A DNA stretch of 64,000 nt from a virus (lineage: Duplodnaviria > Caudoviricetes). The position numbers and the translations under genes are program-made. This document shows, in pieces, positions 45,802 through 54,923 of this stretch. The notes under the pieces were generated by a model. It made no database searches, was not told the origin of the DNA, and saw only the letters and a list, made by a program, of their open reading frames with translations. Each line of letters starts with the position of its first letter. Position 1 is the stretch's first letter. The DNA lies in IMG/VR virus record IMGVR_UViG_2928826531_000001, positions 1 to 64,000 of that record; one strand, 5' to 3'.

Positions 45802-46413
45802 CTACTTAAATCGCCAAATATCAGAGACCTTGGGGCGCAAAGCGCGCAGCCACCGATCCGAATCCTCTCGGTTTGTTCGATGTGATCTGGCGATCGCACC
45901 GGCACACATGTCCGCCAGTTGCAGCAATGGATCTGCGGTGGAATCCTTGAACCGGACGGCGCGCAGCTTGCCAGGCCCCATCTCTCGCCGCAAACGTGTA
46001 TTAAGCTTATTGCGGAACTCTCGATCTCCAGAGCCGTCGATGATGACCTTAGCGTCCTGCAGAACGCCGCCATCGTGTGTCATCATCTGCGCCACAAAAA
46101 ACTCGTAAAACCGTTCCTTGTCGGCTCTGATCCGCGGAGAGTAGATGACGTTCTTCTCCACCACAATTGCGCGAACAGAAAACGGCAGGTTGCGGACGGC
46201 CTGGAAAAAGGCGTCCCTTCGCTCGTAATCACATTTATTGAACTTAAACTCCGGAGCACAGCGGAGGTCGATTAGCAGCTTCCGCATAGCGATCTCCGTC
46301 CTTTGCGCGTCCTCATCGGTCCGGAAGATGACCATTGCGGCCACAAACACCGGGGTCGATCCCTTCTCAGTCTTGAAGCCGGGATCACCACTTTCGTCAA
46401 TGAACACCAGCAT
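45802..46413 (-). CDS. DUF3800 domain protein (RNase H-like)
   Basis: VFIDESGDPG...FV.A...EFKF...IIDG...DS....LLQLADM.AGAI. Confidence 0.92.
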   Translation of the reverse strand: MLVFIDESGDPGFKTEKGSTPVFVAAMVIFRTDEDAQRTEIAMRKLLIDLRCAPEFKFNKCDYERRDAFFQAVRNLPFSVRAIVVEKNVIYSPRIRADKERFYEFFVAQMMTHDGGVLQDAKVIIDGSGDREFRNKLNTRLRREMGPGKLRAVRFKDSTADPLLQLADMCAGAIARSHRTNREDSDRWLRALRPKVSDIWRFK

Positions 46414-47011
46414 GGCTCACAGTCCCGAAGAAAAAGCGCCGTGGGAGGTCTGTTGACCACGCGTTGAATGAAGACCGAGCGTTGCATCCCCGAACGGAGG
46501 TGCAAAAGCCGCGCATACTGGGCTTGCCATCTGGGCGCAGGCCTCACACGGCTCGCAATCCGCTTCTTTGGTCCTCTGAGTCATCCAGGCATCGGTGTTG
46601 TTGTGGTGGGTGGCAATCGCATTGCTGGGACTGTATGTTGGTGCGCATCCTAGTCCCATCATTTGGGGTAGGCAACCCCTCCAACCAGATATTGTATGCT
46701 TGACGACGGCCCATCTCCTAGATATGGCGCGCCGAGTACAACGTTCCCCGAGTGACAAGCCGTAGACCCCTTCGCGTCACTTTGTGCCCAGAGCGCGTCA
46801 ATGCACGGAAGTGGTCGGCGCACACCTCCAGGCGCGGCGGCCCGGCGTTAGCACCTCATATAGCGATGGGGGTCGAAACTGGTCATCTCCTGCTTTTGCA
46901 GGAAGTCGAGCGCAAGTTATTTGGTGGGAGTGAGTTCGTCGTTCATCACTCTTTTGCCCTGATCAGGATCCGCGGCATCCGCCATTCCAATGTCGGAGCC
47001 ATCATCAGCGC

Positions 47012-47944
47012 CTACGGCGCCAGATGGGATGCTAACCGCTCAATCTGGGAGAGGTCCTGGAGCGGCTCATAGTCCACAGAGGCGATGGCCTTGATCGCTT
47101 CGCCCGCCGGGAGAGTCGCGGTGTCTACGGAAAGTGGTCGTGTGGCCACTTCGACGGGGCGGCCACTCGCCAGAGCGGCTTCGACCACCGCTTTCACCTC
47201 GCCCATACGTGGCCGATGGTCCGGTCGATAGACCAACGGGGCGCGATCAACCAATACAAGCCCGGCAGCGCCTTTGGTCAGTGCGCCAAGGCTGTGATTG
47301 TAGTTGCCTTTGCGGGCGTGCGGTGCCGTTCGGTCGCGGTTGACGGGGGTTATAAAAAGTCTGGCAGCTTGAAGATTCTCTTGATGCAAGAGTTCTTGCA
47401 GGAGTTGGGACGTAGCTGATGTCGTGTCGAGGTCTGGGCGCGCGAGATCGATCTCCCCGAGGCGTCCGGCCTCGACGCGGTTCCCCATGGCGCACGCATC
47501 AATAAGGACGAAGGGCGGGTTCCCGAGGATCACATCCCATTTCGGCTCTGCCCCCTGTTGTTCTTCGAAAAACTTCTGAGCGTGGAATAGCATCCCGCCC
47601 GATCCTGCTGCCGGATCGACGACAAGGTTTTGCTGGTCGTGCCCATGACCGGAAAAATGGAGGATATGGGAGATCACCTCGCGCGGGGTAAAAAACTGGC
47701 CAAATTTGGATGCCGCGGCCTTGCTCAGCCGAACGCCGGGCCCTTCACCATCGCCGTCTATAAAGCGGACGCCAGCATCTTCCAGGGCTCGCTGAAGTGC
47801 AACGAGAGTGCTGACCCGAGGAGCCGAAACGCCCCTTTCAATGTTGTTCAGAGTCGCCAGGGACACGCCAGCAGCGGCAGCCAAAGATGCCTGCTTCATG
47901 TTCAGCAACGCGCGCGCGGCACGGATCTGGGCAGCGGTGATCAT
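47012..47944 (-). CDS. XRE HTH fused to a truncated N6-MTase-like segment and an unknown C-terminus
   Basis: ITAAQIRAARALL...GVRF....GPGVRL, then GQFFTPREV, DPAAGSGGML, DVILGNPPF. Confidence 0.75.
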   Translation of the reverse strand: MITAAQIRAARALLNMKQASLAAAAGVSLATLNNIERGVSAPRVSTLVALQRALEDAGVRFIDGDGEGPGVRLSKAAASKFGQFFTPREVISHILHFSGHGHDQQNLVVDPAAGSGGMLFHAQKFFEEQQGAEPKWDVILGNPPFVLIDACAMGNRVEAGRLGEIDLARPDLDTTSATSQLLQELLHQENLQAARLFITPVNRDRTAPHARKGNYNHSLGALTKGAAGLVLVDRAPLVYRPDHRPRMGEVKAVVEAALASGRPVEVATRPLSVDTATLPAGEAIKAIASVDYEPLQDLSQIERLASHLAP

Positions 47945-47981
47945 GCCCTACTTATACACCAATCGAGGCCCTCACACGATC

Positions 47982-48041
47982 AAAATAGGTGCTACACGTA
48001 TTTTCTGGCTTGTGAGCGACCGAAAATAGGCGTTACACCTA
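47982..48041. promoter_or_regulatory. operator pair between divergent genes
   Basis: AAAATAGGTGCTACACGTA(TTTT) at 47982 and AAAATAGGCGTTACACCTA at 48023. Confidence 0.65.
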
Positions 48042-48074
48042 GTCCCGTCGAATCGACGCCTAGGAGCGCACCCG

Positions 48075-48524
48075 ATGGATTGCGATGGATGTAACTGGCG
48101 CAGAGCAGCAGTATATTGGCAGACTGCGGCCCCCGTGGTCGGGACTGGAGCACTCAGCCATGACGCCGTTGCCATGTCCGCGCACCCGGACGCAAGGCTA
48201 TTCGCGGCATGGTCTGGCTACGTAGAAGCCTCTAATGCCATTGGCGCTGGCGTAAACTTCAATGGATTGAGCGACGAGGAGCTCGAACCGCAGGTTCGCG
48301 TGGCGCGGGGCTATGGCGAGGTTATCGAAAACACACCAGCGAAAACGCCCAGGGGAATGGCGTTGAAGCTCCGGTATCGATTCGCCGTGAACTGCCTCAG
48401 CATCGCCGCGTTCAACGCTGCGGTCCACGGGGCGGACATGCACGAGGAGTTCCTGTCGGATCCAGCTGATGAGATGTTGTGGCGCATGATCGGCGAAGCC
48501 GAGCGCATGGACGCTGTGACTTGA
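48075..48524 (+). CDS. hypothetical protein
   Basis: AGGAG RBS; HPDARL...I.NTPAKT..G.A.KLR motif common in alphaproteobacterial mobile elements. Confidence 0.65.
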   Translation: MDCDGCNWRRAAVYWQTAAPVVGTGALSHDAVAMSAHPDARLFAAWSGYVEASNAIGAGVNFNGLSDEELEPQVRVARGYGEVIENTPAKTPRGMALKLRYRFAVNCLSIAAFNAAVHGADMHEEFLSDPADEMLWRMIGEAERMDAVT

Positions 48525-48951
48525 CCTTGCCGGCAACGAAGAGCGCGCCCCTCAATTGACAGCCTTGTGACACTCACCTTGAGCGTGACAGGCGGAGCGG
48601 GGCATGGTACATAGGTTATGGTGGCGCTTCGGGTGTCCGCGTGGCTTCCGCACTCATCATTTGAGCGACTCTTAGCATCGCCGGAATCCGTCTGTGCTGT
48701 GTTGATAACCGCGCGACACGCACGTTTTGGTCGTGTCAGCCGACATGCCAACACTTTCGACCACCGCTGTCCCGACGAAAAGCAGCATCGCAGCCAACAC
48801 GACACCCAAGCAATTCTAACGACGCCAGCCAAAATAACCTCTTGGTAGAGGAGGGCATGGTGGCTCGCGTTTTGTGATCTATCGGATTTTGAGTGAGTGT
48901 CCCTAGGGCGCCCGGCATGCCGTGCGCCCTTCTCGTATTCGGAGCGCGCCC

Positions 48952-51900
48952 ATGGCCATTGAATCTCGCCTTCTCGATCTTACGGTGTCGTCCGAAGGCG
49001 TGCGGGCGGGTGTTGCTCAGGCGCAATCGCTTCTCGCCTCACTCACGTCTGATCTGGGCAAGGCGCAGGTCGCAGCTGCCGAGACGAACATTAAGGTTCG
49101 GGATGCCGGTGTCGGCATCGGGCGCGCGTTTGCCAGCGTCACGAAGGACCTGCTCCCCGCCGCTGATGGGTTGACGAAGATCGCCCGCCAGATCGATGCC
49201 GTCGGTCAGGCTCAGACGCGTGGCGCGGCGAGCCACAAGCAAGCGGCCGACATGATCAACCGGCTGACGGGAAGCCTGTCCGAGGCTGAGCGTGAGGTGG
49301 TAGGCCTCATCCAAGCGTCCGGGCAAACGGAAAGGGCGCTTGAGTCCTCGTTCAAGAAGGGGACGCTGTCCGCTGCCGATTACAAGGCGAAGGTGCTGGA
49401 GGCGCGTGAAGCAACCTACCAGCAGGTCGCCGCGCTCCAGGACGTGATCGACGCCCAAGAGCGATCCGCAAAAGCGGCCGCGGGCCTCGACGCCCTGCGC
49501 CGGCAGTACGATGCGACCTACGCCGAGATCCGCCGCTACGGCGAGGCGATGACAAGCGCGAAGGCGGTTCTGGACGCCGTCAACGCTTCGGAAAACGAGC
49601 GCGCCCGCATCCTGAAGTCCGTCTCGGACGCCTATGATCCTGCGATCAAGGCCTCCAATGCCCGCGCCGCCGCCTTGCAGAAGGAGCAGGAGGCCCAGGC
49701 TGCCCTCATGGCCTCGTATCGGGAGCAGGCGGCTCTTGCCCGGTCCCAGACCGAAGGCCAAGCGATGTGGAACACCTACGCCGGGGTTCAGGCTGCGCCG
49801 ACCGGTTCTGCAGCGGTTTCGGCCGCGGTCTTCCAGGAAGCCGCCGCCGCTGAAAAAGCGGCGATTGCGCGGAGCTTGCGACGCGACGCAATCGACGCTG
49901 AGACGCGCGCGATGGAGCAGCAGGCTAAAGTCGACGCTGCCGCCGCGCTGCGGGAAGAGGCGCAGGCCCTAGACGCCCTGAAAGCGCGCGTTGACCCAGC
50001 TGCCGCAGCGCTCCGGCGTCTCGACGAGGATAAGGCCAAGCTCGACGCCGCCTTCGCGGCCGGGAAATTGACCGGTGGAAAAGCAGAATACGATGACCTC
50101 ACGGCCGCGATCAGTCGCAATCGGGCGATGATCGAGGCCTCGACGGTCAGTCAAAAAGGGATGACCAATGCCCTTGGTCTGACACGAGCGCAGATGGCGG
50201 CGCTGTCGCCACAGATCAACGACATCGTGTCCGGCCTCATCATGGGCCAGCCGCCCATGATGATCTTTGCGCAACAATCCGGCCAGGTCGTCCAGGCTCT
50301 ACAAGCCGGCGGCGCCGAGATGCCGGCATTCGCCGCCGGCACGTTGGCCATCGCCGCTGGGTTCGCCGCTCTTGCGGCGGGATACGCGGGCGTCATCTAC
50401 GCAGTCCACAGCTATCGTTCCGAGGTCAAGGAGGTGGAGCGCGTCAACGCGCTTGTCGGTCAGTCGGTCGGCATGACGACGTCGGGGCTGCTGAAACAGG
50501 CTGAAGGAATCGGCAACGCCGCGGGCATTTCCACGGCGAGCGCCCGAGCTATCCAGAACGCCTACCTCGGGACGGGAAAAATCGGGGGCACAGTCCTCAC
50601 GGAGTTGGCAGCCACCACCAGAGGCTGGGCACTGGCAACCGGCCAGGATCTGGACGCCGCCCGCGATGATCTAGCCAGGTTGTTTGCCGACCCGACGCGG
50701 GCTGTTGACGAACTGACGGCGAAGTATGGGGCGTTCGATGATGCCCAGCGGCAACTGATAAAAAACTACCAGGCTCAAGGCAATCTGGAACGTGCTCAAG
50801 CCCTTCTCCTCCAGGGGATTGAGGATCGAGCCAAAGGCGCGGCCGAGCGCATGTCGGCTCTCGGAAAGGCATGGGAGTGGATCAAGAAGCAGGCTAACGA
50901 TGGAGTCGAATGGGTCGGCGAAAACGCCGGAGAACCGTCTCGGCAGAAGCGCATCGAAATGCTGCAACTGCGCCAGACCAACGGCATCTATCTGACGAGT
51001 GGCCTGCGTCAGGATGATGCGGATGAGTTGGCCGCGCTCCAGCAGCTTGAACAGGATGACGCGATCCAGGCATGGGCAAGCAAGGTTCGCGCCGAGTTCG
51101 TTCGCCTGTCGAATGCTACCGGTGATTTCGCGAGGTCCATCGACCCGGCTCTTGCTGCGTCCACGAACCTGACCAACGCTGAAAAGCTACTCGACAAGGC
51201 TGTTTCGGAAAACGTCATCACTCGTGGAGAAGCGTCGCGCCTGATGGGTTTGTACCGGGAGCAGCTGAGTTCGGCGGCCGGGGCTATGGCGGATCTCCAG
51301 CGTCAAGCCGCCGCCTTTAACGCCCCCGCCGGCTTCGAGCGACGTTTTGCGCAAGTGGTGAACCAAGCCTCGAATAACGGGAAGGAGCCACTACCGGCAA
51401 CCGGCCCGACCAGCGCAACAGAACTACGCAGCGGCTTGGTCGATGTGGCTGTTGGCGAGGTGCGCGATCAGGTGGCACTGGTCCAGCGTCAGGCGACCGC
51501 GCAGCAGCTTCTGGCCGGGGCGATCACCGACACCGCGCGGGCCCAGGCCCAGGCGCGCGGGCAGTTTGCCGAGGTGATCGCCCAGTACCCCGATCTCGAC
51601 GCGAAAACCGCGTCAGCTGCCCTTACCACCAAAAACTTCGGCGTGTTCTTGAAGACCCTGCCGCAGCCGTTGCAGGATCTTTGGAAGCAGATGAACGCGA
51701 GCGCGGAAGCCCAGGTCGCGGGTAGCATCAATCAGGCGACCGTCCAGATGCGGTTGCAGTCCGAGGCCGCCGACCGTCTGGCCGAGGCTGCGGGGAAGGG
51801 CGAAGCGGCGCAGAGGCGCGCGAACATCGAAAACCAAGTGGCGGCGGCCTCGCTCCATGGCCTCGCCGGAGCCACGCGCGCCGCGCTGGAGGCGCAGGAA

Positions 51901-53106
51901 GCCGCCGCACGCCGCCAAATCCACGCGGATTTCGCAGCCCAGATCAACCTCGACGTAGCTGCGAACCAGCGCCTTGTCACTGGCATGCAGCAAGGTGTTG
52001 CCGCTTGGCGGTCCGCCGAGATCTACAATAAGGCGGTGGCCCAGGCTATGCGGGAAGTCCCGCCAGAATACGATGCGGCGGGCAATGCAACTGGTCGGTT
52101 TTCGAAGGCGATTGCGGACAATGTCGCGAAGTTGAAAGAGCAACAAAGCGCAGCCGATGGGGTCAACCTTTCCACCTATACCCAGCAGGTCGAAAGCCAA
52201 GGCCGCAAGCTGGCGCTCGACCGCAGTCTAATCGGGGCAACGCCGGAGCAGGAGGCTGTGGCCCGGGCGCGGTTCGAGGCCGACGAGTGGCTCCGGTCGC
52301 AAAAACTTTCCTACGCGTCGCTCAACGACGACCAAAAGCGGCAATACGACAACATTCTGAAGATCGCTGAGGCCAACGCGAAGGCGGGCGTCGAGATTCA
52401 GCGATGGACGCAGTACGGCGAGGTCTTCACCAACGCCTTCGACCGCGTGGGCGATGCTCTGACCCAAGCCTTCACCCAGGGTGGCGCCTCGGCCGTGAGC
52501 TTCCGCTCGGTGGTGTCGGGCGTCCTGGCCAGCATTGCCACAGATCTGCTGAAAATCACCGCCATCACGCCGTTCAAGAACTGGGCGCTCGGCGGCATCA
52601 GCAGCCTGCTCGGCTTTGCCACGGGAAGCGCCGGTGGCGCCGACCCGCTTGCCGGCTGGCAGTCCTCGGCACAGGCCGCCGGTGACGCCGTGATGCAGCT
52701 TTATGCCCCGACCCGCCACACCGGCGGCTTGGTGGACATGTCCGGCGCGGGACGGTGGGTGAATTCTGCCGTCTTCGATGGTGCTCGCCGCTACCACACC
52801 GGCGGTGTTGCCGGTCTCGCCCCTGACGAGGTGCCGGCCATCCTGCGGCGCGACGAGGAGGTCATCACCGAAAGCGACCCGCGGCACCGGTTCAACAGTG
52901 GGGTCCGCGCCCCGGCCAACGAGAACTCCGGCAGCGTCACGATCAATATGCCGATCACCGTCAACGGTTCGGCTGGCTCCCAGGAGCAAAACGCCGACCT
53001 CGCCAAGCAGATCGGTCGTGAGGTGCAGAGCCAGGTGGACGCGCGTGTCCTCGCGGTGCTCCGTCAGCAGTCCCGCAACGGCGGCATGCTCAGCCCAGCG
53101 GCATAA
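48952..53106 (+). CDS. tail tape measure protein
   Basis: 1384 aa, Ala/Gln-rich helical; QINDIVSGL.MGQPP..IFAQQSGQ (lambda TMP domain); RYHTGG..GLAPDEVPAIL...EEV. Confidence 0.95.
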   Translation: MAIESRLLDLTVSSEGVRAGVAQAQSLLASLTSDLGKAQVAAAETNIKVRDAGVGIGRAFASVTKDLLPAADGLTKIARQIDAVGQAQTRGAASHKQAADMINRLTGSLSEAEREVVGLIQASGQTERALESSFKKGTLSAADYKAKVLEAREATYQQVAALQDVIDAQERSAKAAAGLDALRRQYDATYAEIRRYGEAMTSAKAVLDAVNASENERARILKSVSDAYDPAIKASNARAAALQKEQEAQAALMASYREQAALARSQTEGQAMWNTYAGVQAAPTGSAAVSAAVFQEAAAAEKAAIARSLRRDAIDAETRAMEQQAKVDAAAALREEAQALDALKARVDPAAAALRRLDEDKAKLDAAFAAGKLTGGKAEYDDLTAAISRNRAMIEASTVSQKGMTNALGLTRAQMAALSPQINDIVSGLIMGQPPMMIFAQQSGQVVQALQAGGAEMPAFAAGTLAIAAGFAALAAGYAGVIYAVHSYRSEVKEVERVNALVGQSVGMTTSGLLKQAEGIGNAAGISTASARAIQNAYLGTGKIGGTVLTELAATTRGWALATGQDLDAARDDLARLFADPTRAVDELTAKYGAFDDAQRQLIKNYQAQGNLERAQALLLQGIEDRAKGAAERMSALGKAWEWIKKQANDGVEWVGENAGEPSRQKRIEMLQLRQTNGIYLTSGLRQDDADELAALQQLEQDDAIQAWASKVRAEFVRLSNATGDFARSIDPALAASTNLTNAEKLLDKAVSENVITRGEASRLMGLYREQLSSAAGAMADLQRQAAAFNAPAGFERRFAQVVNQASNNGKEPLPATGPTSATELRSGLVDVAVGEVRDQVALVQRQATAQQLLAGAITDTARAQAQARGQFAEVIAQYPDLDAKTASAALTTKNFGVFLKTLPQPLQDLWKQMNASAEAQVAGSINQATVQMRLQSEAADRLAEAAGKGEAAQRRANIENQVAAASLHGLAGATRAALEAQEAAARRQIHADFAAQINLDVAANQRLVTGMQQGVAAWRSAEIYNKAVAQAMREVPPEYDAAGNATGRFSKAIADNVAKLKEQQSAADGVNLSTYTQQVESQGRKLALDRSLIGATPEQEAVARARFEADEWLRSQKLSYASLNDDQKRQYDNILKIAEANAKAGVEIQRWTQYGEVFTNAFDRVGDALTQAFTQGGASAVSFRSVVSGVLASIATDLLKITAITPFKNWALGGISSLLGFATGSAGGADPLAGWQSSAQAAGDAVMQLYAPTRHTGGLVDMSGAGRWVNSAVFDGARRYHTGGVAGLAPDEVPAILRRDEEVITESDPRHRFNSGVRAPANENSGSVTINMPITVNGSAGSQEQNADLAKQIGREVQSQVDARVLAVLRQQSRNGGMLSPAA

Positions 53107-53117
53107 GGGACGGAGCC

Positions 53118-53474
53118 ATGCCCCTTCAGACCTTCTCTCCTCCGCGGGCTCCAAGCTTTCAGAGCCAGAAGTCCGTTCAGCCGCGCATCCTGAAGGCGTC
53201 GTTCGGCGACGGCTACACCCAGCGGACTGCGGACGGCCTCAACACGATGCCGCAGTCGTGGGATCTCCGGTGGGACGCCCTACGCGCGACGGATGCGGAC
53301 GCGATCGAGGCCTTCTTCGTCGCGACCGGTGGCTACAAAGCGTTCTGGTGGACGCCGTTCGACCAAGGCAGCCCGCAACCGCTGAAGTTCATCGTCGAGA
53401 GCTGGACGAAAGCGCCCGTCGGCACACGGGTCTATTCGGTCAGCGCGAAGCTCACCCAAGTCTTCGACCTCTAA
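53118..53474 (+). CDS. minor tail protein (lambda gpM-like)
   Basis: P.I.KA.FGDGYTQR.ADGLN...AF.WTP...F. Confidence 0.92.
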   Translation: MPLQTFSPPRAPSFQSQKSVQPRILKASFGDGYTQRTADGLNTMPQSWDLRWDALRATDADAIEAFFVATGGYKAFWWTPFDQGSPQPLKFIVESWTKAPVGTRVYSVSAKLTQVFDL

Positions 53475-53484
53475 GGCCCCCGAC

Positions 53485-54228
53485 ATGACAACACCGACCC
53501 TGCCGCCGGCTCTTGCAGCCGAGGCGCACTCCGACGCGCCCGATCCCATCGTCACGCTGTATGACCTCGACACTGCTGTCTATGGCGGCGGCACCTACCA
53601 TTTCACGGACAACTCCGGCAATGGTGCCCCGATCAAGTGGCGCGGCAACGACTATCAGCCCTTCGACCTGGAGTCCGAGGGATGGGAATGGTCCGGACGC
53701 GGCCCGCTTCCGACACCGCGCCTGCGCCTGACCAACGCCAACATGCTGCTGTCATCGCTGATCGCCACGTACGATGACCTGATTGGCTGCCGGGTGACGC
53801 GGTGGCGGACCATGGCTCGCTTCCTCGACACCGGCGCGACACCGAGTCCTGGCGATCATTTCCCGCCAGACGTGTACGTCATCGAACGCAAGGCCGTGCA
53901 GACCAAGCAGGTTGTCGAGTTCGAGTTGTCGGCTGCGCTCGACCAGCAGGGGCGCATGCTGCCGGGGCGCCAAGTCATCCGGGATAGCTGCACGCACACT
54001 TATCGGCGCTGGAACAGTCTGACCGGCGGTTTCGACTACAGTAAGGCAAGCTGCCCCTTCGCCGAGACCGGCGCCGGCTGCTACTTCGACCGCCTTGGCA
54101 ACCCCGTGACCGACCCGAGCCAGGACGTCTGCGGCAAGCGGCTGAGCGACTGTCGGCTGCGCTTCAACCGCTACGGCTTCCTGTTCACCCGCGCCTTCCC
54201 CGGCGCCGGACGCGTGAGGGGCTCATGA
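53485..54228 (+). CDS. minor tail protein L
   Basis: W.GN.Y.P...G.E....G.LPTP.L...R.RT..RFLD...IERK...FEL...LP.RQ...C...YR...D.CGKRLSDC.LRF...FPG. Confidence 0.95.
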   Translation: MTTPTLPPALAAEAHSDAPDPIVTLYDLDTAVYGGGTYHFTDNSGNGAPIKWRGNDYQPFDLESEGWEWSGRGPLPTPRLRLTNANMLLSSLIATYDDLIGCRVTRWRTMARFLDTGATPSPGDHFPPDVYVIERKAVQTKQVVEFELSAALDQQGRMLPGRQVIRDSCTHTYRRWNSLTGGFDYSKASCPFAETGAGCYFDRLGNPVTDPSQDVCGKRLSDCRLRFNRYGFLFTRAFPGAGRVRGS

Positions 54229-54923
54229 TCCTCGACCCCGCTGTCATTTCCGCGGCCAAGGCGCACGCCGTCGCCGAGCACCCGCGCGAGAGCTGCGGCC
54301 TGGTCACAGCCGCCGGTTACGTGCCGTGCCGCAACGTGCACCCCGATCCGCTCGACCACTTCGAGATCGCGCCGGAGGAGTTGCTACGCGACGACGTCCG
54401 CGCCGTCCTGCACTCCCACATCGCGGAGCGACACGACCCCTGGCCGAGCCAGGGCGACATGGGGCAGCAGATCGCGATGGACGTGCCGTGGGGCATCATC
54501 GTGACCGACGGCGTCGGGGCGCTGGATCCGATCCTGTGGGGCGACTTCCTGCTCGACACGCCACTGGTCGGCCGCCCCTTTGTGCACGGCGTCACCGACT
54601 GCTACGCGCTGATCCGCGCCTACTACCATCAGGAGCGCGGCGTCACCCTGCCCGACCATGCCCGGACTTACGAATGGTGGACGGCGGGCGAGAACCACTA
54701 CCTCGACCATTTCGCCCGTCACGGCTTCCGCGTCATCGATGCCGGGGAGGCGCGGCCGGGCGATGGCTTCCTTGCCCAGGTCCTGAGCCCGGTGCCGAAC
54801 CACGCCGGCGTGCTGATCGAGGACGGCCTGGTGCTTCACCACCTCGACCGCCGCCTGTCGCGCCGCGAACCCGCCTTTCCGTGGAAGCGGCACATCACCC
54901 ACTGGATGAGGCTTGAGGCATGA
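54225..54923 (+). CDS. tail assembly protein K (MPN + NlpC/P60)
   Basis: PRESCG; HSH...PS.GD; GRPFVHGVTDCY; PNHAGV; LHH. Confidence 0.95.
   Translation: MILDPAVISAAKAHAVAEHPRESCGLVTAAGYVPCRNVHPDPLDHFEIAPEELLRDDVRAVLHSHIAERHDPWPSQGDMGQQIAMDVPWGIIVTDGVGALDPILWGDFLLDTPLVGRPFVHGVTDCYALIRAYYHQERGVTLPDHARTYEWWTAGENHYLDHFARHGFRVIDAGEARPGDGFLAQVLSPVPNHAGVLIEDGLVLHHLDRRLSRREPAFPWKRHITHWMRLEA

Noticed and set aside
48311-48860. Minus-strand Cys-rich ORFs before the tape measure gene
   Set aside because: They overlap a better gene, the frames are inconsistent and there is no RBS; at most a decayed gene.
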